Positions 38,716 to 47,200 of a stretch of DNA of 64,000 bases are shown here, one piece after another. The first letter of the stretch is position 1, and every line of letters begins with the position of its first letter. Both the position numbers and the translations under genes were made by a program. A model generated the notes under the pieces. The model saw only the letters and a list, made by a program, of their open reading frames with translations, had not been told where the DNA came from and did no database searches. Origin of the DNA: Nitrospirota bacterium (GTDB taxonomy: Bacteria; JACPQY01); contig JACPAV010000005.1 in the NCBI GenBank assembly GCA_016180645.1, positions 62,001 through 126,000 of the forward strand. The letters run 5' to 3'.

Positions 38716-40281
38716 TTATAGATCCCAGCTCAGAACCGGGTAGCGATTCGCAAGAACCTCGTTCACCCGGCCGCACGGCGTCGTGTGAGGCGCCGCCCGA
38801 ACCCGGTCGGGGTCTTCCTGGATTTCATTCGCAATCAGGTTCATCGAGTGCGCGAACCGGTCGAGCGTGGCTTTGCTCTCGCTCTCCGTCGGCTCGATCA
38901 TCATCGCGCCGGGAACGACGAGTGGGAAATAGATCGTGGGCGGATGGAACCCGAAGTCGATGATCCGTTTGGCGATATCCAGCGTCGAAACCTGCGCCTG
39001 TTTCTGAAACCGGTCCGAGGCGATGAACTCGTGCATGCAGGTATCCTCGTAGGGCACGTGGTACCGATCCTTCATCCTTTGCTTTAGATAGTTTGCATTA
39101 AGGACGGCTCTTTCCGATATTTCCTTCAGACCCTCAGACCCATTGCTGAGGATATAAACGTAGGCCCGGACGAGGATCATGAAATTGCCGTAGAACGACC
39201 GGACCCGTCCCACCGAATCGGGCAGGCCGAAATTGAGCGAGTACCGCCCCTCTTTGAGCTGGATCCTGGGGACGGGCAGGTACGGGGAGAGCTTGTTTTT
39301 CACTCCCACCGGTCCCGCGCCCGGTCCACCCCCGCCGTGGGGCGTGGAGAAAGTCTTGTGGAGGTTGAACTGAATGACGTCGAAGCCGAGATCGCCTGGC
39401 CGCGCTTTCCCCAGAATCGCGTTCAGGTTCGCGCCGTCACCGTACACGAACCCGCCCTTCTCATGCACGATTTCGGCCACTTTCAGGATCTCCTTCTCGA
39501 ACAGGCCCAGGGTGTTCGGGTTGGTGATCATGATCGCAGCCACTTTGTCGTCCACCACCTTGCGCAGGACCTTGGGATCGATCATTCCCCCGTTGGATTT
39601 GAACTCCTGGGCCTCGAATCCGGACATGCTCGCGCTCGCCGGGTTCGTGCCGTGGGCCGTGTCCGGCAGCAGGACTTTCGTCCGCTTCTCCCCCTTCTTT
39701 TCAAAATATCGCGCAATCAGTTTCAGGCCCAGAAACTCTCCATGCGCGCCGGCGCTGGGCTGGAGCGTCACCTGATCCATCCCGCTCACTTCCTGAAGAT
39801 ACTTTTCCAAGTCGAACATCAATCGGAGTGCGCCCTGCACGCGCGATTCGGGCCAGTAGGGATGCAGTCCGGCCAACCCGCGGCGGGACGCGATGGATTC
39901 GCAGATTTTCGGGTTGTACTTCATTGTGCACGAGCCGAGCGGGTACATGCCCGTGTCCACCGAGAAGTTCAGCTTGGAGAGGCGGGTAAAATGGCGCACG
40001 ACCTCCGACTCCGCCAATTCCGGAAGACACGCCGGCTCTTTGCGCAGAAGATCGTCCGGAATCGGATCGACTTTTCCGGAAACGGCGGTCTTCGGAAGAA
40101 GCGTGCCGCGGTGACCTGCACGGGACATCTCGAACAGCGTCGGCTCGATGCCCGGCTGGGACAGCGAATCATTCTTTCGCGGCTCTTCCGCTCCCGGCTT
40201 CGGCGTAAGGACGCTCACCCCACCACCTGTCTGAGATTTGAGATCTGAGATTTGAGATTTCAGAGGCGGTGGCGGGGTCAT
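38716..40281 (-). CDS. gcvPB: Glycine dehydrogenase subunit 2
   Basis: YPLGSCTMKYNP, AHGTNPASA and NLHKTFSTPHGGGGPG. Confidence 0.96.
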   Translation of the reverse strand: MTPPPPLKSQISDLKSQTGGGVSVLTPKPGAEEPRKNDSLSQPGIEPTLFEMSRAGHRGTLLPKTAVSGKVDPIPDDLLRKEPACLPELAESEVVRHFTRLSKLNFSVDTGMYPLGSCTMKYNPKICESIASRRGLAGLHPYWPESRVQGALRLMFDLEKYLQEVSGMDQVTLQPSAGAHGEFLGLKLIARYFEKKGEKRTKVLLPDTAHGTNPASASMSGFEAQEFKSNGGMIDPKVLRKVVDDKVAAIMITNPNTLGLFEKEILKVAEIVHEKGGFVYGDGANLNAILGKARPGDLGFDVIQFNLHKTFSTPHGGGGPGAGPVGVKNKLSPYLPVPRIQLKEGRYSLNFGLPDSVGRVRSFYGNFMILVRAYVYILSNGSEGLKEISERAVLNANYLKQRMKDRYHVPYEDTCMHEFIASDRFQKQAQVSTLDIAKRIIDFGFHPPTIYFPLVVPGAMMIEPTESESKATLDRFAHSMNLIANEIQEDPDRVRAAPHTTPCGRVNEVLANRYPVLSWDL

Positions 40282-41609
40282 CGCGCTCCCCCCAGGAGAT
40301 TCGCCGCCGCTTCGATTCCCTCCGCCGATGATTTTTCAGTGGCGCACATCAGCAGGGCATCCTGCAATTCGGGATAGTATTTCCCCAGTGGGAGGCCGGG
40401 GACGATCCCGGCCGCTTCCGCATCCTCCATCACATCGCGAACAGGTCGACGCGGTTTCACCACAAACTCATTGAAGTACGGCCCGTTGAACACGGCCGCC
40501 GCCCCGCCTTTCCGGGTCACTGCAGCTCGAAGAGCCGAGGCCATGCGGTGGTTCAGCTCCGCCAGCTCACGGAGCCCATGGGGTCCCAGCAGCGCGAGAT
40601 GGACCGTCGCCGCGATGGCGCACAGCGTTTGGTTCGTGCAGATGTTGGACGTGGCACGCGCCCGGCGGATGTGCTGTTCCCTCGTGGCCAGCGTGATCAC
40701 AAAAGCTCTCTTCCCTGTCTTGTCGATCGACGCGCCGATGAGGCGGCCGGGCATGTCGCGCACAAACTCCTTGCGTGTTCCGAGGAAACCCACGTAGGGG
40801 CCTCCGAAAGAGAGGGGAAGCCCCAGCCCCGCGGCCTCTCCGGCCACCGCGTCCGCTCCGCATTCGCCCGGGGACCGGAGCATGCCCAGACTGACCGGCT
40901 CGTTCACCACGGTAACGAGCAGTGCCTTCCGGTTTCCGATCAAGGCCTTGATCTTTTCGAGACGTTCGACAACTCCGAAGAAATTGGGGGATTGGACGAC
41001 CACGCAGGCCGTGTCGTCCGACAAGGCCTTGGTGATCGCCTCGAGATCCACGGAGCCGCTTTCTGTCCACCCCACCTCCGTCAAGCCGCCGCCGAGATAG
41101 GTCCGTATGACCTCGCGGTATTCAGGATGCACGGACCTCGCCACGATCACTTTTTCCTTTCTCGAGGCCCGCCGCGCCAGGAGTACCGCCTCCGCCGCCG
41201 CAGAGGCACCCTCATATAATGAAGCATTCGCGAGGTCGGTCCCCAGAAGCCTTCTCATCATCGTTTGAAACTCGAAAAGCGCCTCCAACGTGCCTTGGCT
41301 CACCTCGGGCTGATACGGGGTGTAGGCGGTGTAGAACTCGGATCGCCCAATGATGGCATTCACAACGGAGGGAATGAAATGATCGTAGGCGCCGGCGCCG
41401 AGGAAATGATGCGCGGGTGGCCGATTCTGCGCCTCGATCGCGTCGAAATGGGCCTCCATCTCTTGTTCGGACAGCGGGCCGGGCACGAGCAGGGGCTTGG
41501 ACAGCCGCGCCTCCTTCGGGATGACCGTAAAGAGTTCGTCAATGGACTTGACGCCGATGGCGGCCAGCATCTCCTCCGTCTCGGAGGGACTGGAAGGGAT
41601 GAATCTCAT
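40278..41609 (-). CDS. gcvPA: Glycine dehydrogenase subunit 1
   Basis: FYTAYTPYQPEVSQG, NASLYEG and TREQHIRRARATSNICTNQ. Confidence 0.96.
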   Translation of the reverse strand: MRFIPSSPSETEEMLAAIGVKSIDELFTVIPKEARLSKPLLVPGPLSEQEMEAHFDAIEAQNRPPAHHFLGAGAYDHFIPSVVNAIIGRSEFYTAYTPYQPEVSQGTLEALFEFQTMMRRLLGTDLANASLYEGASAAAEAVLLARRASRKEKVIVARSVHPEYREVIRTYLGGGLTEVGWTESGSVDLEAITKALSDDTACVVVQSPNFFGVVERLEKIKALIGNRKALLVTVVNEPVSLGMLRSPGECGADAVAGEAAGLGLPLSFGGPYVGFLGTRKEFVRDMPGRLIGASIDKTGKRAFVITLATREQHIRRARATSNICTNQTLCAIAATVHLALLGPHGLRELAELNHRMASALRAAVTRKGGAAAVFNGPYFNEFVVKPRRPVRDVMEDAEAAGIVPGLPLGKYYPELQDALLMCATEKSSAEGIEAAANLLGGAR

Positions 41610-41617
41610 TCGAACAT

Positions 41618-41687
41618 GACGCACCCTAAAGGGTGCGCCTACCAGGAATTCCTTTGTTCCCGGGTAGCCGCAGGCTTCAGCCTGCGT
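41618..41687. repeat. REP family A pair between gcvH and gcvPA
   Basis: cgcaccctaaagggtgcgcctac ... gtagccgcaggcttcagcctgcg. Confidence 0.88.
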
Positions 41688-41733
41688 GCCCCGCATTGGC
41701 CACGGATGACTGACCCCCGACCCCTTCCGCGGA

Positions 41734-42171
41734 TCACTCCTCCTCCCCTTCGCCTTTCTCGATCTCCTCCTCAACAAATGCGGCGTACTCCACCGAATTC
41801 ATCAGCTCATCCAGTTCCGCGGCATCGCCCAGCGAAATCTTGATGAGCCAGCCGTCGCCATACGGGTCCTGATTGAGCAGGTCGGGCGTCTCTTTCACAT
41901 CCAGATTGACTTCCACCACCTTGCCGCTCACGGGAGCGTAGAGATCGGACACCGACTTCACCGATTCCACGAACCCAAACGACTCGCCCTTCAGGACTTC
42001 CTCGCCCTCTTCCGGAAGCTCCACGTAAACGATATCGCCCAGGGCATCCTGCGCGTAGTCGCTGATCCCGACGGTCACGATGCCGTCGTCCTCCTTGCGG
42101 CCCCATTCGTGCTCCCTCGTGTACTTCAAGTCCTCGGGGAATTCGAAGCCGGTTCCTTTTTTCTTCTTCAT
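41734..42171 (-). CDS. gcvH: Glycine cleavage system H protein
   Basis: YTREHEW, GISDYAQDALGD, ESVKSVSD (lipoyl Lys) and DPYGDGW. Confidence 0.96.
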   Translation of the reverse strand: MKKKKGTGFEFPEDLKYTREHEWGRKEDDGIVTVGISDYAQDALGDIVYVELPEEGEEVLKGESFGFVESVKSVSDLYAPVSGKVVEVNLDVKETPDLLNQDPYGDGWLIKISLGDAAELDELMNSVEYAAFVEEEIEKGEGEEE

Positions 42172-42186
42172 CGGGGCCTCCTTAAC

Positions 42187-43569
42187 CTACGCTTTCTTCG
42201 TTCCGGGCGTCACGAAGGGTACTTTCGCGATTTCGGCTTCGACCTCTTTGGCCCGGATGCGGATGCGAATGTGTGCGCCCTCCCAACCGGATCGGGTAGC
42301 CGCAGGCTTCATGCCTGCGTCCTGCCCCATCCCGGGAGCCGCGGGCTTTACGCCCGCGTCCGAAGACGCACCCGTAAAGGGTGCGCCTACCGGCGAGCTC
42401 GTCAGGAGGGCCAGTCCGATCGATCGCTTGAGGACCGGCGAGAAGCATCCGCTGGTGATCAGGCCGATCGCCGTCGAGGGCGATCCCGTCGCTACCTCAT
42501 AGTGATCGCGAATCATACCGTCCTTTTTGAGGGCGACACCGCACAGCTTCGCCGGCGGCTTCTCCGCCCTCTTTTGAATGGCCTGCTTACCCACAAACGA
42601 TTCCTTTTTCAAGTCAACAAATCGAAGCAGTCCCGCCTCGACCGGACCGATCTCCTTTGAAATCTCATGACCGTAGAGCGGATAGCCCATTTCGATGCGG
42701 AGGCTGTCGCGCGCGCCGAGACCGATGGGCGCGAGTCCCTGCGGCTTGCCGGCCTTGAGTAGCGCATCCCACAGCGGCTCCGCCACTCCATCCGGCAGAT
42801 AGAGTTCGTAGCCATCCTCGCCGGTGTAGCCGGTCCGGGTGACCAGAATGCTCTCGCCTTTCCAATCCACTGTGGCGCAACCGAAATACTTCAGGCCGGT
42901 GGCGATCGGGCCCAGCACGCTGCCGACAATCGCAGCCGCATGGGGCCCCTGCACGGCGAGCTGAGCCGTCACATCGCTGAGATCTTTCAGCGCCACAGCT
43001 CCATTCAGGCTCCCGGTAGCCGCAGGCTTAATGCCTGCGTCCGGTTCAATCCCGGTAGCCGCAGGCTTTAGCCTGCGCTCAAGACGCGGGCTGAAGCCCG
43101 CGCCTACCAGCCCTGCGTCCGAAGACGCACCCATCAACCCGCCGTGGCGGGTAAAGGGTGCGCCTACCGGCCCGCGTCCATAGCTGGCCGCGTGTTCCTT
43201 GAGCCATTTCCAGTCCGCCTCGCGGTTCACGGCGTTCACGCAGATGTAGTATTCCGCGTCTCCCAACTGGTAAATGATCAGGTCGTCAATCACCCCGCCC
43301 TTTTCATCGCAGAAAAGGCCGTAGAGGGCGCGGCCGGGCGTCAGCTTCTCAAGATTATTGGTGAAGAGGGATTGGAGAAGAGTGTGAGCGCCGGGGCCTT
43401 TCGCCTCGAAGCGGCCCATATGGCTGATATCGAACAGGCCCGCCTTCTGACGAACGGCGAGGTGTTCTTCGAGGATGCCCGAGTAATACACGGGCATGTC
43501 CCAGCCTGCGAAGTCGATCATTCGCGCCCCGGCCTTCCTGTGCCACGCATACAGCGGCGTTTTTCGCAT
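42187..43569 (-). CDS. gcvT: Glycine cleavage system aminomethyltransferase with two in-frame REP-derived insertions
   Basis: FAGWDMP, GLFDISHMG, AVQGP, RTGYTGEDG.E and GLGARDSLRIE. Confidence 0.96.
   Translation of the reverse strand: MRKTPLYAWHRKAGARMIDFAGWDMPVYYSGILEEHLAVRQKAGLFDISHMGRFEAKGPGAHTLLQSLFTNNLEKLTPGRALYGLFCDEKGGVIDDLIIYQLGDAEYYICVNAVNREADWKWLKEHAASYGRGPVGAPFTRHGGLMGASSDAGLVGAGFSPRLERRLKPAATGIEPDAGIKPAATGSLNGAVALKDLSDVTAQLAVQGPHAAAIVGSVLGPIATGLKYFGCATVDWKGESILVTRTGYTGEDGYELYLPDGVAEPLWDALLKAGKPQGLAPIGLGARDSLRIEMGYPLYGHEISKEIGPVEAGLLRFVDLKKESFVGKQAIQKRAEKPPAKLCGVALKKDGMIRDHYEVATGSPSTAIGLITSGCFSPVLKRSIGLALLTSSPVGAPFTGASSDAGVKPAAPGMGQDAGMKPAATRSGWEGAHIRIRIRAKEVEAEIAKVPFVTPGTKKA
42296..42390. 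repeat. Family-A REP block inside gcvT, in frame
   Basis: Three hairpins encoding [32 protein letters not shown]. Confidence 0.92.
43016..43167. repeat. Family-A REP block inside gcvT, in frame
   Basis: Four hairpins encoding [51 protein letters not shown]. Confidence 0.92.
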
Positions 43570-43644
43570 GGGTCCCCATTAGTATCCCGCCCCCGCCCGA
43601 TGTCAAGCGTTCCGCAGAAGACGCGCCCGTTCTGCCCAAATCCG

Positions 43645-44254
43645 GTAGCCGCAGGCTTTAGCCTGCGTCCGAAGACACACCCATAAAGGGTGCGCCTACC
43701 AAAAAAACGCGCGAATGTTACAATCGCCCGGTGCGGAGGATACGGGAGCGGAAACATCGCCTACCTCCGGATTCCTACCGCGGACAGGCGGCAGCCAGCT
43801 TCACCCTCTGTATCCAAGATCGCCGATCTATTTTCAACAATCCATTCCCCGTTCCGCGATTCGTGGACATCCTCATGAATTCGCTGCAGAGGCATCTGTG
43901 CGATTCACCAGTGTACCTTTTCATGCCGGACCACATGCATCTGGTGCTCCAGGGAACCTCCGCGCAGTCTGACCTCCGGCAGTGCGTGGTCAGTTTCAAA
44001 CAAGCAAGCGGATTCTGGTTCAGACGAGAGATGGCTGGGATCCGGTGGCAAAAAGACTTCTACGACCACATCCTTCGAAAAGATGAAGATTTGGTGAAAC
44101 ACCTGCGTTATGTCCTCGACAATCCAGTGCGCAAGGGGCTCGTGACGGATTGGAGGGCCTATCCGTTCAAGGGTTCAACGGTTTTCGATCTTGACTCTTG
44201 GTAGTCGCAGGCTTTATGCCTGCGTCCAAGACGCGGGCTGAAGCCCGCGCCTAC
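43645..44254 (+). mobile_element. REPtron: RAYT gene flanked by inverted REP doublets
   Basis: REP doublets at 43645-43699 and 44201-44254 bracket a Y1 HUH transposase gene. Confidence 0.88.
43731..44204 (+). CDS. REP-associated tyrosine transposase (RAYT/TnpA-REP, Y1 HUH family)
   Basis: FTLC, FMPDHMH (HUH), WQKDFYDHILR and YVLDNPVRKGLV. Confidence 0.92.
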   Translation: MRRIRERKHRLPPDSYRGQAAASFTLCIQDRRSIFNNPFPVPRFVDILMNSLQRHLCDSPVYLFMPDHMHLVLQGTSAQSDLRQCVVSFKQASGFWFRREMAGIRWQKDFYDHILRKDEDLVKHLRYVLDNPVRKGLVTDWRAYPFKGSTVFDLDSW

Positions 44255-44276
44255 CAAGAACGTGCCAAGAACAGAA

Positions 44277-47200
44277 TCAGGGTAAATTTATGACGGGGAC
44301 GGGGGTGGATTTGTTCGCGGTGGTTCCGTCCCCAAGCTGACCGAAGACATTGTACCCCCAGCATTTGACGGTGCCGTCCGACTCGAGGGCGCAGGTGTGG
44401 GAGTTGCCGTTGGTCACGGCCACGGCCCCCGTGAGGGTGGATACCGATACCGGCGTCAGCCTGTTTGCCGTCGCACCATCACCAATTGCGCCGGACCCGC
44501 CGCTCCCCCAACACTTGACCGTGCCGTCCGACAGCAGCGCACAGGTGTGGTAGCCGCGTCCTGTGATGGAGACCGCATTCGTGAGACTGGTTACCGCGAC
44601 GGGTACCGACGAGTCTGTTCCGGTCCCATCGCCCAGCTTGCCGCCGGAATTCGCACCCCAGCAACGAGCTGTGCCGTCGTTGAGGAGGGCGCAACTGTGC
44701 ATGCCGCCGCCGGAGATCGAGACGGCGCCCGTCAGCGTGGAAACGGCCACGGGTGTGCTCTTGTTTGTGCTCGTTCCATCCCCCAGAACGCCATATCCGC
44801 CCCACCCCCAGCACCAAGCCGAGCCATCGGAGAGGACTGCGCAGGTGTGGCTGTCGCCGAGGGCGGTGGCGATGACGCCGGTCAGCGTGGAAACGGCCAC
44901 GGGCGCGCCGCGATTTGTTGTGGTTCCATCTCCCACCTGCCCCTGGCCATTTTCGCCCCAGCAGGCGACGGTGCCGTCGGTCACCATGGCGCAGGTGTGC
45001 GTGTGGAGGGCGGCCACGGTCACGGCGTTAGAAAGGACGGAAACGGTTGTAGGAGTCGGTCTGGGCGTGAACGATCCATCGCCGAGTTGGCCGTAGGAGT
45101 TGCTCCCCCAACATTTGATCGTCCCATTCGAGAGAAGGGCACACGTATGGTACGTCCCTTCGGCGAGGGCGGTGGCGTTCGTCAGGCCGGAGACGGGTAC
45201 CGGAGCGGTCCGATCCGTCGTGGTGCCGTCGCCGAGTTGGGAGGAATCGTTCTTGCCCCAGCACTTCGCGGTCCCATCCGAGAGCAGCGCACAGACGTGA
45301 TCGCGCCCAGCGGAGAGGCCTTCGCGGAAGGGGCGGGCGGGGGCGCCGGAGGCGGTGGATTCGTGGAGGCGGGGGAGTTTCACGCCCATCGGACCGGCGG
45401 GCATGGAGACGGCCACGGGCGTCGTCTTATCCACCGTCGTCCCGTCCCCAAGCTGACCGTAGTTAGAGCGCCCCCAGCATTTCACCGTGCCGTCGGAGAG
45501 GAGGGAACAGGTGTGAGCCCAGCCCCCCGACACGGCCACACCATACGAGAGGCCGCTTACGGTCACAGGGGTCGATTTGTCCGCCGTCGTCCCGTCCCCA
45601 AGCTGACCGTAGCCATTGTACCCCCAGCATTTGACCGTGCCGTCGGAGAGGAGGGAACAAGTGTGAGAGGCGCCCCCCGTGACGGCGACGGCGCCCGTGA
45701 GGGTGGAGATGGCCACGGGGGTCGATTTGTCCGCCGTCGTCCCGTCCCCAAGCTGACCGTTGCTATTGGACCCCCAGCATTTCATCGTGCCGTCGGAAAG
45801 AAGGGAACAGGTGTGACCGTCGCCCCCCGCCACGGCTACAGCCGTGCTCAGCACGGACACAGCGACCGGTATCGATTTGTTCGCCGTCGTACCATCCCCA
45901 AGCTGACCGACGTTATTCCACCCCCAGCATTTCACCGTGCCGTCGGAAAGAAGGGAACAGGTGTGAGAGGTGCCCCCCGCTACAGCCACACCCCCTGAAA
46001 GTGAAGACACGGGGATGGGCGTCAGGCGATTGGCGGTCGTCCCGTCCCCAAGCTGACCGTAAAGATTGTTCCCCCAGCATTTTACCGTGCCGTCCGAAAG
46101 CAGGGAACAGGTGTGAGAGAAGCCCCCCGCGATCCCGCTGGCGCCGGAAAGGGACGCCACCGGGACAGGCGTCCACTTATCGGCGGTCGTCCCGTCCCCA
46201 AGCTGACCGTAGAGATTGTACCCCCAGCATTTCACCATCCCGTCAGAACGAAGGGAACAGATGTGAATGCCGCCCCCCGCCACGGCGACAGCACCGCTGA
46301 GCGTCGAGACGGTCACGGGAGTCGATTTATTGGCCGTCGTACCATCCCCAAGCTGACCGTTGCCGTTGTTCCCCCAGCATTTGACCGTGCCGTCGGAAAT
46401 AAGCGAACAGGTGTGGTTGCCGAGGTGGGTCGTGATCGCCTGGGCGACGCCTATGGTGGACCACGTGAGGGCGGATTTTTCGACGGTGTTGGATTCGACG
46501 TTGAGGGCTTCGTCTCGCGCGCGGACGCGATAGTAGACTTTGCTGCCGGGCGAGAGCGAGCCGTCGTTGTACGTTGTGGCGCCGGGGGAGGTCGTGAACG
46601 TCACGCTCCACGTGGTGGTGCAGTAGTTGGGCGTTGTGGCCCGGCAGATTTGGTAGACGATGTTGGCCGGCGCGCTCACGTTGTCCGACGCGGCGCTCCA
46701 CGCGAGATCCACGTTTGTTGCCGACGTGGAGGTGGCGGAGACAAGGCCGCCGAACGTGGGAGCGGACCAATCGTTCGTCCACGAGACATCCAGATTCCCG
46801 CTGACACCCTGCGTGTTGCCGGCGGAATCGGTGCAGTCTATGAAGCGGTTATAGGCCGAACCGTCCGTCGCCGCCCCCGTGATGGTGCAGAGCGAGGTGG
46901 ACGCGCAGGTATTGGCCATCGAGCCGTACACCACATCGGCCGTATCCCACCTGCAGGCGACCGCATCTCCCGCCGAGATCGAGATGTCCGTGTTCGAATC
47001 GTTGACCGTGTCGTAGAAAGGACTTCCGGAGTCGCCCTCGATGTTGGCCACCGTAAGCAGAGGAGGCGTGCTGTCCTCGGTGAACGTCACGCTGCTCGCC
47101 GAACAAGGAGAGGCGTTGCCCGCGGCATCCGTCGCCGTTGCGTAGAAAGTCGTGCTTGAATTGTCGCTGACGGTAGCCGAAAGGCCAGGCGTGTTGAACG

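Noticed and set aside
41610-41777. REP-encoded N-terminal extension of gcvPA (likewise tatT 51723-51944)
   Set aside because: The frames are open, but family-typical N-termini begin downstream, so these were not counted as intragenic REPs.
42296-43167. Inteins or introns in gcvT
   Set aside because: The inserts are short, lack intein C...HN motifs and match intergenic REP hairpins.
43570-43730. Glycine riboswitch upstream of gcvT
   Set aside because: The space holds a TTGACA promoter-like sequence and a REP doublet; no riboswitch motif was recognised.
44277-46440. Diversity-generating retroelement TR/VR pair in the RCC1 repeats
   Set aside because: No reverse transcriptase in the window, and the repeats are ordinary in-frame propeller blades.
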